Below are positions 10,156 through 21,031 of a stretch of DNA of 64,000 nucleotides, in pieces. The translations under genes and the position numbers were made by a program. The stretch comes from Methanomassiliicoccaceae archaeon (GTDB lineage Archaea; Thermoplasmatota; Thermoplasmata; Methanomassiliicoccales; Methanomassiliicoccaceae). Under the pieces are notes generated by a model. The model was not told where the DNA came from, searched no databases, and saw only the letters and a program-made list of their open reading frames with translations. How positions within the stretch are numbered: position 1 is the stretch's first letter; each line of letters begins with the position of its first letter. The stretch is from NCBI GenBank assembly GCA_963728405.1, contig CAVSJV010000017.1, positions 192,001 to 256,000 of the forward strand. Direction: 5' to 3'.

Positions 10156-11233
10156 GTTTAATCGCCTCCGCCACGCCCTCGCGCGGTCTTGGATAAAGAA
10201 TTCCTGATCTCCGGCTCCATACCAGGCAGACGCCGTCGCCTATGTTATAGTCGCGGTCCTCCGACGTGGTCACGTCGAACTCCACGATATCTTCGCTGTC
10301 CGTTTCCACGGTGATACGGATGTAGGTGCCCATGAAGGTGATCTTTTCGACCACCGCGTGCAAGCCTTCGGTCGCCGGGTGCACCCGCTCCGGACGTATA
10401 GAGAGTACCACCGCGTCCCCGCTCCTGAACTTGGAGGGTTTCGCCTCCACCACCGTGCCGTCCCGAAGCTCGACCAGCGATAGCTCGGGCCTCCCCTCTC
10501 TCACCACTCCTTCCAGCAGGTTGGTCTCCCCCACGAAGTTGGCGGTGAATAGGTTCTCCGGTGCCTGATAAAGTCGCTCCGGAGTATTAACCTCCACGAT
10601 GCGCCCGTTCCGCATGAGCACGATGCGGTCGGAGACGGTCATCGCCTCCTCCTGGTCGTGGGTGACGTGGACGACCGTCAGCCCGAGGTCCTTGGTCAGC
10701 CGTCGCAGCTCGTAGCGCAGGTCCATCCGCACCCTCGTATCGAGTGCCGACAGCGGCTCATCTAGTAGCAGGAGCTTCGCTCCTGATGCCAGGGCCCGGG
10801 CCAGGGACACCTTCTGCTGCTCCCCCCCGGACAGCTCGCCAGGGAACATGTTCATCCGATCCAGGAGCTTGACCAGCTCGAGGTAGCGCTTGGGGACCTG
10901 CTCCACGTTCTCTCGGCCGATGTTACGCACGATAGGCCCGTAGGAGACGTTGCCCAGAGCAGTAAGGTGCGGAAAGAGAGCAATGTTCTGGAACACGTAG
11001 CCGATGTCCCGCTCCTCGACCGGTACGCCATCCATGTCCCTGCCCCCGATGAGCACCTTGCCCTTGGTCGGCCCCAGGATGCCGGCGATCATACGTATCA
11101 GGGTGGTCTTGCCGCAACCCGATGGTCCCAGGATGGTGACGTACTCCTTGTCCTCGATGGTCAGGTCGATATCAGCGGAAGCGACCACCTTTCCAAAGGT
11201 TTTACCGACGCCTATCAATTCCACCTTCGGCAT
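10148..11233 (-). CDS. ABC transporter ATP-binding protein (PotA/FbpC-like, TOBE domain)
   Basis: GPSGCGKTT, LSGGEQQ, LLLDEP, VTHDQEEA. Confidence 0.93.
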   Translation of the reverse strand: MPKVELIGVGKTFGKVVASADIDLTIEDKEYVTILGPSGCGKTTLIRMIAGILGPTKGKVLIGGRDMDGVPVEERDIGYVFQNIALFPHLTALGNVSYGPIVRNIGRENVEQVPKRYLELVKLLDRMNMFPGELSGGEQQKVSLARALASGAKLLLLDEPLSALDTRVRMDLRYELRRLTKDLGLTVVHVTHDQEEAMTVSDRIVLMRNGRIVEVNTPERLYQAPENLFTANFVGETNLLEGVVREGRPELSLVELRDGTVVEAKPSKFRSGDAVVLSIRPERVHPATEGLHAVVEKITFMGTYIRITVETDSEDIVEFDVTTSEDRDYNIGDGVCLVWSRRSGILYPRPREGVAEAIKLE

Positions 11234-12331
11234 CTAGTCCACCCTCAGCTCTTTTTCCAGACCGCCCTCTGGACATGAGAACACCGAGGCCTTCTCGATG
11301 CTCCAATTGATCCCCACCATATCTCCGACCTTTATCTGGTCCTTACGGCTGGCCGGCAGCTTGGCGGAGAACCTGCCGTGGTTCTCCACGCTGATGTCCA
11401 GATGGACGATGCGGCCTTCGAAGAGCGTTCGCTCCACCGTCCCCTGGAGGAACGCGTCGCTCTCCCTTACCACCCGGGTGTTACCCACCTTCACGGCCAC
11501 CACGGCCTTGGAATCGACCGGGAAGTCGCAGGGCCGGGCGAAGACCACCTTGCCCCATTCATCGCGGACCGAGGTCGTTCTCCCCTTCCCTGAGCACAGG
11601 ACCGTTCCCGCGATGAAGTTCGATTGCCCGAAGAACGTCGCCACGAATGGAGAGGTGGGATCATCGAACACTTCCCGGGGCTTGCCGATCTGGATGATGC
11701 GACCATTCCTGATGACGGCGATGCGGTCGGCCACTACCAGCGCTTCTTCCTGGTCGTGGGTGACGTGTATTACGGTCAGCCCGAGGGTCTTGGCCATGGA
11801 CCGGAGCTCCCGCCTCAGGTCGATCCTAAGCCGAGCATCCAGGGCTCGTAGCGGCTCATCCAGCAAGAGAACATCGGGATCGGTGGCCAGCGCGCGGGCC
11901 AGGGCGTTCCTCTGCTGCATGCCGCCCGACAGCTCCCACGGATAGGAATCGGCCCTCTTGGTCAGCCGTACCAGATCGAGCAATGAGACCAGGGTTTGTT
12001 CCTTGGCCGCTTCCGGAACGTTCCTGATCTCCGGGCCGAACAGGATGTTTTGGGCCACGGTCATGGTGGGGAAGAGCGAGTAGGTCTGGGCCAGGAGAAC
12101 GGCGTTCCGCTTCTCTGGCTCCAGGTCGGTGACGTCCCGATCGCCGAACAGGACCTTTCCCCCATCGGGACGGGTCAGGCCGGCCATTATGCGCAGCGCG
12201 GTCGTCTTCCCCGCCCCGGTGGGGCCGAGGAGACAGATATACTCGCCATCCTTGACCTCCAGGTCCAGGCCGTCCGCGGCCTTGATGCTGCCATAGTGCT
12301 TGCGGACCCCTTTCAGAGTGATGCTGGGCGT
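11234..12331 (-). CDS. ABC transporter ATP-binding protein; apparent ACG start codon
   Basis: Frame open upstream of track ORF to ACG at 12331, including Walker A GPTGAGKTT; LSGGMQQ, LLLDEP. Confidence 0.9.
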   Translation of the reverse strand, partial: TPSITLKGVRKHYGSIKAADGLDLEVKDGEYICLLGPTGAGKTTALRIMAGLTRPDGGKVLFGDRDVTDLEPEKRNAVLLAQTYSLFPTMTVAQNILFGPEIRNVPEAAKEQTLVSLLDLVRLTKRADSYPWELSGGMQQRNALARALATDPDVLLLDEPLRALDARLRIDLRRELRSMAKTLGLTVIHVTHDQEEALVVADRIAVIRNGRIIQIGKPREVFDDPTSPFVATFFGQSNFIAGTVLCSGKGRTTSVRDEWGKVVFARPCDFPVDSKAVVAVKVGNTRVVRESDAFLQGTVERTLFEGRIVHLDISVENHGRFSAKLPASRKDQIKVGDMVGINWSIEKASVFSCPEGGLEKELRVD

Positions 12332-13996
12332 TCAGACCACCTCGTGCCTGGTGAAGTATCTGAGGCCGAGCATGAAGATATAGGAGACGATGATCAGCAC
12401 GATGCACGCCAACCCCGCCTGGTAGAAAGAGTTGGCCTTCACGAGAGTTACGATGTACACGGGGGCAGTGGTGGAAGCACTGGCGCCCAGGACCGCCTGA
12501 GTCGCTCCGGTCTCCCCCAGGCTCCTGGTGAAGGCCATGATCGCCCCTGCCAGGATAGATCCCTTGATGAGCGGGTAGAGCACTCGTCTGAAGCTTTGGA
12601 TGGGTTTCGCCCCCAGGGTGCGGGCTGTCTCCTCATAAGAGGGATCGATCTCCTCGACCGCTCCCAAGACGTTCCTTACGACCAACGGATAGGTGAATGC
12701 GACGTGCGCCAGAATGAGGATGACAAAATCGACCACCGGGATGACACCTTGCTGCTTCCAGAATAATCCAAGGGAAATTCCCAGCGCCGCGGTCGGCACG
12801 ATCAGGGGGATATTGACCAGGACATCCAGTACATGCGAGGACCGCTTGTCCGGGTTCTTTGAGATATATAGGGCAAAGGGAATACCCAGCGCGATGTCGA
12901 TCAACGTCACGCTCCCAGCTACAATGAACGAGTAACCCAATGCGTTCCAGAAGAAGGTCCAATCCCCGCTGGTGGGAGTGGAAAACAGGACATAGGTGAA
13001 GATGAAGAACGAAGGTACTAGGACGAACATGGCCAGGAAGAACATGGCCGTACCGTCCTTGAGCTTGGGGAATATGCCTCGACTGAGCATCTTCTCTGGC
13101 ATGGGCCACACCCGCCGCAAGGGCAGGTGGACCTTCATTATCACGAGCTTAAGGACCACCAGCAGAACGAGGGCCAGGATGATGAGCAGGATGCTCACGA
13201 AGGCCAGCTCCGGCAAATACTGGTTCCCCCGCGGAGCTAGTTCACCAATGAGCGTCGGGCCGGTGTAGAATCCGCTCGATTGCATGGTAGCCAGGGCGAT
13301 CATCGTCCCGCCGGTCTCACTCATGCTCCGAGCGAAGCACAGGATGACACCGGTGGCGAGACCGGCCCGGAACAGCGGGAGCGTTATGGTCCGCGCCGCG
13401 GTCAGGCGGCTCGCGCCCAGTGTCCGGCCCGCAATCTCGTAGGTCTCATCGATCTCCTCCAGGATCGCGGTCAGCGACCGCACCATGTAGGGGTATGAGA
13501 ACACGATGTGCAGCAGGATGATTAGCAAGAACGGCGATGTCACAGCGAACGATTCCCCGGTCAGGAACTTAGTGATCCAGGCAACCGACAGGGGCGGCGC
13601 ATTGGGGGTCTGTACCCAGAATATGGCCGCCGAGAACCCCAGGGCGGCGGTCGGCACGGCCAAGGGCATGTCGATGAGCGTGTCCAGGAACCGCTTGCCA
13701 CGGAAGTCCTTCCGGACCATCATCCATGCTACCGGAAGACCGACCAAGAAGTCAATGAGGGTGACGATGCCGGCGATCATGAACGAGGCAGTGATGGCAT
13801 CGATGATGACCGCCATCACTTCTGGATCCTGAAGGACATTGATGTCAATGGCGTTCCAGTCCGTGAAGGCGTAGGTGAGGATGTAGATGGTCGGCAGAAC
13901 AACAAAGAACAGGAAGAAGGAAATGATGAACCAGGTCCATCCTTTACGGAACCTTTTACCGCTGACGAAATCGACGAGCCAGTCCCTTCGCTTCAT
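12332..13996 (-). CDS. ABC transporter permease with two fused TM modules (FbpB/ThiP/CysT-like)
   Basis: Two repeats of P..VPTAALG and EAA-like loops YEIAGRTLGA / YEETARTLGA. Confidence 0.9.
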   Translation of the reverse strand: MKRRDWLVDFVSGKRFRKGWTWFIISFFLFFVVLPTIYILTYAFTDWNAIDINVLQDPEVMAVIIDAITASFMIAGIVTLIDFLVGLPVAWMMVRKDFRGKRFLDTLIDMPLAVPTAALGFSAAIFWVQTPNAPPLSVAWITKFLTGESFAVTSPFLLIILLHIVFSYPYMVRSLTAILEEIDETYEIAGRTLGASRLTAARTITLPLFRAGLATGVILCFARSMSETGGTMIALATMQSSGFYTGPTLIGELAPRGNQYLPELAFVSILLIILALVLLVVLKLVIMKVHLPLRRVWPMPEKMLSRGIFPKLKDGTAMFFLAMFVLVPSFFIFTYVLFSTPTSGDWTFFWNALGYSFIVAGSVTLIDIALGIPFALYISKNPDKRSSHVLDVLVNIPLIVPTAALGISLGLFWKQQGVIPVVDFVILILAHVAFTYPLVVRNVLGAVEEIDPSYEETARTLGAKPIQSFRRVLYPLIKGSILAGAIMAFTRSLGETGATQAVLGASASTTAPVYIVTLVKANSFYQAGLACIVLIIVSYIFMLGLRYFTRHEVV

Positions 13997-14076
13997 TGTA
14001 CGAACCTTGGTCTATTGTCCGGTAAAGACTGAAGCGTTATAAATATGCTGGAATTGATGCGAAGGGCGTAATGATC

Positions 14077-15045
14077 TCATTGCCTGGCCAGGATCTCGTC
14101 CCTGACCTCGCGGTCTTTCTCTACGATGTAACCGGACCCGATGATACTGCCGTGGACCTTCGCTCCGCTCTCGATCAACGCGCCCCGGAGCACCATGCTC
14201 TCAGAGATCTCCGCCCCGCTGGAGACAAGGACATCGTCTTCCATGTAGACATGGGGGCCGATACGACAGCCTCGCAGATGAGCCCTCTGGAGCATGTTCA
14301 ATCCGAGCACCGCCGCGTTGTCCTCGGTGATGAGGTCGGGCGAGTTCCTTGCCCCTCCCAGGTCCAGCAGCACCCGCTGCGCCTTCAGCAGGGTCTCCCG
14401 GGTCCCGCAGTCGATCCAGTGGCCCTTGAACTCGTAGCCGTACAGGCCGCGATCCAGTACCTTGGGGAACACCTGCCGCTCGATCGATACCACGCCGTTC
14501 GGTATGTGTTCCAATATCTCCTTCTCGAAGATGTACACGCCGGCATTGATGGAGTTGGAGATGGCTTCCTCCCGCTTGGGCTTTTCCTGGAACTCGGTGA
14601 TCCTTCCCTGGCCGTCCTTGGCCACCACTCCGAAGGCCGAGGGGTCCTCGACCTGCCACAGTGCCATCGTGCCGATCCCGCCATGGGAGCGGTGGTGGCG
14701 CAGCATATCATTGAGGTCGATGGAGCTGACCACGTCACCGTTGAAAGCGATGAACGGGCCATCCAGGTAGCGGGAGACGTTCTTGATCGCGCCCCCCGTC
14801 CCCAGGGGCTGGTCCTCGTTGACCAGGATGATCTTCCGTCCCACGTCATGGGAGCGGAAGTACTCCTCCAGCGCATCCTTCATGTATGAGACGGCAAGGA
14901 TGACGGTGTCCACCTCACTAGGCAGGGGATCGATGATGTGGCTGATCAATGGTTTACCGAGCAATGGCACCAGCGGCTTGGGCATGCTATGTGTCAACGG
15001 CCTCAGCCTGGTGCCGAGGCCGCCTGCCAATATGAGCGCTTTCAT
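14077..15045 (-). CDS. NDP-sugar pyrophosphorylase (mannose-1-phosphate guanylyltransferase-like)
   Basis: LAGGLGTRLRPLT..PKP, PLGTGGAI, FQEKP, C-terminal hexapeptide repeats. Confidence 0.9.
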   Translation of the reverse strand: MKALILAGGLGTRLRPLTHSMPKPLVPLLGKPLISHIIDPLPSEVDTVILAVSYMKDALEEYFRSHDVGRKIILVNEDQPLGTGGAIKNVSRYLDGPFIAFNGDVVSSIDLNDMLRHHRSHGGIGTMALWQVEDPSAFGVVAKDGQGRITEFQEKPKREEAISNSINAGVYIFEKEILEHIPNGVVSIERQVFPKVLDRGLYGYEFKGHWIDCGTRETLLKAQRVLLDLGGARNSPDLITEDNAAVLGLNMLQRAHLRGCRIGPHVYMEDDVLVSSGAEISESMVLRGALIESGAKVHGSIIGSGYIVEKDREVRDEILARQ

Positions 15046-15079
15046 CCGTCCACGCGATAAGAAAGAGGGACCGATCTGC

Positions 15080-15295
15080 TCAGATCGGAGATATGCTCAC
15101 TACGTTGTTGCCGCGGAGTACTACAGTGCCCAGGCGCCGGGTCTGCTCGGAGGTGCGCTCTTCGGTGTCCTCCAGTACCATGTTCATGTAATCATCGTAG
15201 CCGACCAGCTTCCCTTCCAGGACCCTGGTGTCCTTGAGCAAGAGAGAGATCCGGTGGTCCATCGACTTCTCAAGCAGCGCGAGTGGCATTACCAT
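15080..15295 (-). CDS. Sm-like archaeal protein (Lsm/SmAP)
   Basis: GKLVGYDDYMNMVL (Sm1), LRGNNVVSISP (Sm2). Confidence 0.93.
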   Translation of the reverse strand: MVMPLALLEKSMDHRISLLLKDTRVLEGKLVGYDDYMNMVLEDTEERTSEQTRRLGTVVLRGNNVVSISPI

Positions 15296-15443
15296 AAATA
15301 ATCACTTGCTGTGGCATTGTAGGTATCGAATTTAAGCTTTTGTGCATCTAGCAGGCCGATATCTTAGCGACCTCAGTCGACCAAGCGTTATTTGACAGCG
15401 ATGATTGTCTCGTGCTCGAACGGTTGTGCGAAGAATGACGACC

Positions 15444-15950
15444 CTACTGCAAACGAGAGCGCTCTTCCATCCACTTCTTGACCGCGTTCTTGCTCGTCCC
15501 CTCGATGCCAAAATACTCGCAGAAGCGCTTGGTGGTGGTGAGCTGGAAGGTCTGTCCCTTCTTTTTGGCGGTCACCAGTCCGAGCTGGTGAAGCGTTCGG
15601 ACGTCATCATAGACCCGGCTGCCCAGGGACTTGGCCAGGTCGCTCTGCAATATGGGCTGGTGATAGGCCACCATCGCAGCAGTTCGAAGCACATCGTCCG
15701 GCACCTCTTTGGGTGCGAACTGCCGACCGAACGGGCGGTATGGCTCGCGGACGATGAGCGAGTAACCTAGACCGGTCTTGGCCACCTCGATGGCCGATCC
15801 TCGTTCATCATACTCCTGCTGAAGTTTCTTGAGAGCCTTCCTGACCACCGCTCCGTCCAGCTGGGTCTGGACCTCCATGTCCGAGATCTTCACCGGCTGG
15901 GACGACGAGAACAGGACCGCCTCGATGACGCGGACCGGGTCCAGGTCCAC
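15444..15950 (-). CDS. scpB: Segregation/condensation protein B
   Basis: IEAVLFSS..P, AMVAYHQPI.QS, TT..F..YFG; downstream of smc-scpA. Confidence 0.9.
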   Translation of the reverse strand: MDLDPVRVIEAVLFSSSQPVKISDMEVQTQLDGAVVRKALKKLQQEYDERGSAIEVAKTGLGYSLIVREPYRPFGRQFAPKEVPDDVLRTAAMVAYHQPILQSDLAKSLGSRVYDDVRTLHQLGLVTAKKKGQTFQLTTTKRFCEYFGIEGTSKNAVKKWMEERSRLQ

Positions 15951-15951
15951 C

Positions 15952-16863
15952 CTACATCACCGCTTCCTTGCTCCCCTGGACCGCCCGGGGGATAGGGACG
16001 GCAGGTATGTCCTCAAGGGTGCCGATGTCCCAGGCCATCTTGACCTCCAGCATGATCTTGCCAAAGGGCAGGTCGTCCTGCCACACCGAGATCTTGCCGG
16101 CGCGGGCCAGGAACAGTAGGGCCATGAACACGGTGACCAGGTCATCCCTTCCACCGTTCCAGATGTCCTCGAGATTAATGGCGCCAGAGCCGCACTTGCA
16201 GATCCTTTGCCAGACATCCTCGACGTCCCGTTCCATGTCGTCGTTGTGCGCCTTAGTGTCGAAGGCCGCGTTCAGCTTCAGGCGGTTAGCTTCCCTCAGC
16301 TTCTCCCTTAGGAGATTTTGCTGTTCCTCGCGCTGGGCATCCTCGAACGCGCCCAGCAGCTCGACCAGCGTGACCGGCCTGCTGCCATGGTGACGCACCA
16401 CCTCGTCCAGCTCGGCATCCTCTGGCAAGTAGAGGACGACACGAGGCTCCTCCGGCCGGAACAGGTCTAGGGATTCGAAGTCGATATCGCCGAATGACCA
16501 ATCGGACCGGGTCTCGGAGTTCGAGAGCACCTGCTCGCTCTGCATCCGCAGGATGGACCAGGCCATGAGCATCAGTTTGCCGGCCAGGACGAAGTTTACT
16601 TCCTTGTCCTTGACCTTCTCGGTGTACAATTTGGTGAACTGCATCAGGTCGATGTCCCAGGGATCCAGATCGTTCGAGAGGACCAGCTCGAAAACGGTCT
16701 CGATGGAACGGTCCAGGGGGTCCCGGGAAGAGACCGGGGACCCTGATTCCCTCAGCACGTTGAGGTAGCGGTCGATATTCTCCGCCCCGGCGTCCTCGTC
16801 GATCATGGCCTTATGGAACAGGAGGTGCCCGAGCACCCCTTCCGCGGCTGCGCACTCCATCAT
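15952..16863 (-). CDS. scpA: Segregation/condensation protein A (kleisin)
   Basis: LDPWDIDL, VTL.ELL.A, FMALLFLA..GKI...Q...FG. Confidence 0.88.
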   Translation of the reverse strand: MMECAAAEGVLGHLLFHKAMIDEDAGAENIDRYLNVLRESGSPVSSRDPLDRSIETVFELVLSNDLDPWDIDLMQFTKLYTEKVKDKEVNFVLAGKLMLMAWSILRMQSEQVLSNSETRSDWSFGDIDFESLDLFRPEEPRVVLYLPEDAELDEVVRHHGSRPVTLVELLGAFEDAQREEQQNLLREKLREANRLKLNAAFDTKAHNDDMERDVEDVWQRICKCGSGAINLEDIWNGGRDDLVTVFMALLFLARAGKISVWQDDLPFGKIMLEVKMAWDIGTLEDIPAVPIPRAVQGSKEAVM

Positions 16864-19800
16864 AATGTCTCCTCCAACTTCTCATCTGGTATCTTGAGTT
16901 CGGCCTGTAGGTCACTGACGTCGGAGATGTTCGGGCGCATAATGACATGCGATATCCCGCCCTCCTGCTTGGTGACCCCGATGATGTGATCGGCCTTGGT
17001 GAGAGTGATCTTCCTTAGCGATATCTGGACGAACTGAGCGGTCTTGGACGATTTCTGGACCCGCCTCGCCACCGTATCGGCGTTGATCCCATCCAGGAAC
17101 ATGTCCACCTCATCCAGCAGGTAGAATGGCGACGGCTGGTACTCCTGAATGGCGAAGATGAACGCCAGCGCGGTGAGCGATTTCTCGCCGCCGCTGAGCG
17201 CTTCCAGCCTCAGCACCTTGCCCTGCTTGGGCTTGGCCTTTATGGCCAGTCCGCCCTCGAAGGGGTGCTCCTTGTTCTCCAGGATCAATTCAGCCTCCCC
17301 GCCCTGGGAAAGGTCGGCGTAGGCACGCCGAAAGTTCGAGTTGACCGCCTCGTACACCTTGAGCAGGGAGAACTTCTTCTTCTCGTTCAGCTCCCCTTCC
17401 AGCTTGAGCAGGTCCCTGCGCTGCGCCTCCAGTCTCTTGGTCTCGGTGTCCAGCTCGTCGTGGCGCTGCTTCTTCTCGCCATAGTCATCCACGGCCTTGA
17501 GGTTCACGGGCCCCATGGAGTTGATGGCGTTCTCGCACTGTCGGATGGTGTCCTTCAGGGCGTCCAACGACGGCAGGGGATGTTCTATCGGCACGTTGAG
17601 CTGATTCAGCTCCTCATCCAGCTCTTTAATCCGGACCTGCCCTTGAGCTATGCGGGTGTTGAGGCCGACAATGATCTCGCCCTTGGTCTCCACCGTCCCG
17701 GTGAGGTTGTCCCTCTCGCTCTCGAGCGAGGTCTTCTCCCGGAACAATGCCTCTTTCTTCTGCCGCAGGCCGTTCATCTCCTGGCCCATGGAATCCTCGA
17801 TCTTCCGGTGGGCCAGCAGCTCGGTCCTCGAACGGGCTGCCAGGGTAGCGGCCTCCTCTCCCTCCCTCTGGACCCTGGCCATCTTCTCGGAGAGGACCTT
17901 CAGCGTGTCGACCAGCTCGTCAACGCGCTTCTGGGTGAGCTTTATCCTCGCTTCCAGAGTGTCCTTGGCCGAGCGCAGCTCGGACGTTTTACCAGTAAGT
18001 TCGGCGACCTCGGACTGAAGGGCCTTCAGCTTGACCGACATCTCCTTGGGAGCGAGCCTCTCCATCTTGGCCCGAGCCTCATCCCTCAGCGTCCTTCGTG
18101 AACCGAGCTCCTGAGAGGCCTGCTCGATATTCAGGACCATCTCAGCGATGGCAGCCTCGACCTGAACCAGCTCCATGGTCCTCTTTCCCTTCTCCTCCTT
18201 GGCCTGGGCCAACTTGGTGCGAAGCTCGTCCCGCTGTCCCTCCAGGGCCCGAAGGGTCACCGACGTCGCCCCGCCGGAGCCGGACAGCTCCCTTATCTTC
18301 GCTTCCAGGGCAAGCATGTCGGCGCGGACCAGCCGGAGATCGGCCAGCATCTTCTCCGAAGCCTGAATGGCCTGGTCCAGTTTGGCGGAGACCTCTTCCA
18401 GGCGCCCCTTCGATGCCGCGCCGAACTTCAGGTTAGATTGCTCGACAGTTACCACCGACCATGGCCCCCGACGCCTCGAGCAGCTCTCCACTCTGGGTCA
18501 CCAGCCGTACTCCCCCCATCAGCCTCCGTGCCTGGTCTAAGGTGTCTACCACGACGGTATCGCCCAGCACGTACCAGAAGGCGGAGCGATACCGCTCATC
18601 GAACCGCACCAGGTCTATGGCGAACCCCACCGCCTCTTTGGCGGCCATGATCGACTTGCCTCGGGGGCGTCCGTCGATCATCTTGTTGAGCGGAAGGAAA
18701 GTGGCCCGTCCAAGGCCGTTCCGCTTGAGGAACTGAATGCATTGGGAGGCCACCTCGTCGTCATCGACCACGATGGCCTGCATGCGGTTCCCGGCAGCAA
18801 CGTTCAGTGCGGTCTGGTAGTTGGGGTCGACCTCGGCCAGCTCGGCGATCGTGCCGTGGACGCCCCGGATGGCGCGCCCATCTCTGGCCTCTATGATCCC
18901 CCGGACCGCCCGGTTATATCCTCTGGCGATCTCTCCGGCGGCCTCTTCTTCGGCCTTTAGCCTGGAATGCTCCCTGGTCAGGGACTTGATGGCCTGGTCC
19001 AGCTCGTCCGATTCGCGGGACATCCTTGATTCAGCGCCCTTCTTCTGGAGGAACTCCTCCTGAAGCCCCTTCAGCTCCTTACTGGAGCCCTTGTCGTGGT
19101 CCCTGATCTCCTTGATCTTCCACTCCGCCTCGGTCACTCCAAAATCGTGGGTCTTGATGTCCTCATCGAAGGACGCAAGATCCACGGTCAGGCGCTCCTT
19201 GCGGCCTTCCAACCGCTCCCGGTCCATGTTCTGACGGTTTAGCGCTTCTTCCCTCTCGCGAACGTCCTTCTCTCGGTGAGCGATATCCTTCTCCAGGTCG
19301 GCCAGCTCCGCATCGCAGGCACTGATCTTACCATGGACCTCAGCGAGTTCACCCTTCTTCCGGGCCAGGTCCCTGGTGTCATTCTCTAGCTGAACGGCCT
19401 TCTCATCCCGTTCGACCACCAGCCCTTGGATCTCCTGGGATGTGGCCTTCCGCTCTTCGGACTTGGCCTCGCCCTCAGCCTGTAGCTCAGCGACGCTCTG
19501 CACCGACATGGCCGCACGGTCTTCGGACTTGGCCACCTGGACCTTGAGGGCGTCGATCTTGTCCTTCAGCTCCTTGAACTCATTCCCGCCCTTGGCCTCC
19601 AGCTCCTTGTCCACCTGGACCATGCTCTCATCCAGCTGCTTGACCCGCTCGGCGATCTGAACCTTTCGCTCCCTCAGCCGGTGGATCTCCGCCTCGATGT
19701 TCTGGATCTGCTTCCTAGTGCTACTGATCTCGACCTCGGCGGACTCCTTCTGACGGTAGGAGAATTGGGCCTTCGACCGAGTGAGCGTTTCCTTCATTCG

Positions 19801-20463
19801 AAGGTAGGTCAGGGCGACCTCTTTCTCCTGCTCTAACTGATCGATCTGGCGCTGAAGTTCGGACAGGATAATGGAGATGCGATCTATGTTTGCGTCGGCC
19901 TCGCCCCTTTCGCCCTGGGCCTTGCAGATCTCCTCATCGAACTTTGATATGCCGGAGATGTCATCCAGGATGCGGCGGCGCTCCAGGTTGGACATAGTGA
20001 CCACCCGGGTCACATCGCCTTGCTGGACGAAGTTGTAGCCGTCGGCACTGATGCGAGCGTTAGATAAAAGCACGTCGAACTCCGACAGGGACGATTTGCG
20101 GTCGTTGACGTAGAAGTAGGAGTTGTAGCCATCCCCCTCGGAGGCCATCTTGACCACCCGGGTCAAACGGACCAGGTCGTCATCGATGTGGATCATGCGG
20201 TCCTTGTTGTCAAAGACCAGGGAAACCTTGCAATGGTCGGCACCCTGCTTGTTGTTGCCGCCGTTGAATATGAGATCGGAGAGCTTTCCAGCACGGATGG
20301 CCCGGGAGCTCTTGGGACCGAGAACAAATAGAATGGAATCGGAGATGTTGGATTTGCCTGAACCGTTCGGTCCAGTGACCGCGGTGTAGCCCTCCAGAAG
20401 GGGCACGGTAAGCTTCTTACCGAAGGATTTGAAGTTCTCCAACTCTATCTGCTTAAGATACAT
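16860..20463 (-). CDS. smc: Chromosome segregation protein SMC, one frameshift near 18450
   Basis: NFKSF, GPNGSGKSN, hinge GRATFLPLNK, LSGGEKS, PFYLLDEVD. Confidence 0.95.
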
Positions 20464-21031
20464 TCGACCTCCGCTGTCGGAGGCGAAAGAGGGCGACCTA
20501 TGTAACTAGGTCCCTTTTCTCGCATCCCATCCTACTGGTCCGACGCGTGTCGGACGATAGAAAGCAATGGAATGTGGATATATAATGTTTATTGCAGGGT
20601 TTCTGACATCCACACTGACGAATGAGAACATATTTTCAACTTTTCCTAGCATATGAAATATTTGTTGATCATATCTTCATCGATCGAGCGGCCATATGGT
20701 CCGATCCTTTACATTTTCTAGGACACTTTGCTGGATGCTGCGCCCTGCTCGGTTTCGTAGATAGAGCGAGCAACCTTTTTAACCAAACCGCTGAAATAAT
20801 ATGGCTGGGCTGGCCGTGTTGGCCCTGCCCTGCCTCTTCTTCGTCCCCAATGCCACCATTCCTGTTGTCAACGAATTGAATGGCAGGGCGTCATCCCGCA
20901 GATCCAAGGAGCTAACGACCGATCGCACCGACCAAAAGGGGCCAGAAGATGAGATAAGGACCGAAGACCGATCAGGCCAGCCATGAAAAAGCGGCCAATA
21001 TTTTTAAGCACGAAGCTCCCCACGTCGATCG

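Noticed and set aside
16860-20463. Split SMC as a two-gene or Wadjet/MksBEF-like defence system
   Set aside because: One extra base explains the split; canonical smc-scpA-scpB with no JetD/MksG nuclease.
20622-20986. Short plus-strand ORFs upstream of smc
   Set aside because: AT-rich promoter-like region, atypical codon usage, no motifs.
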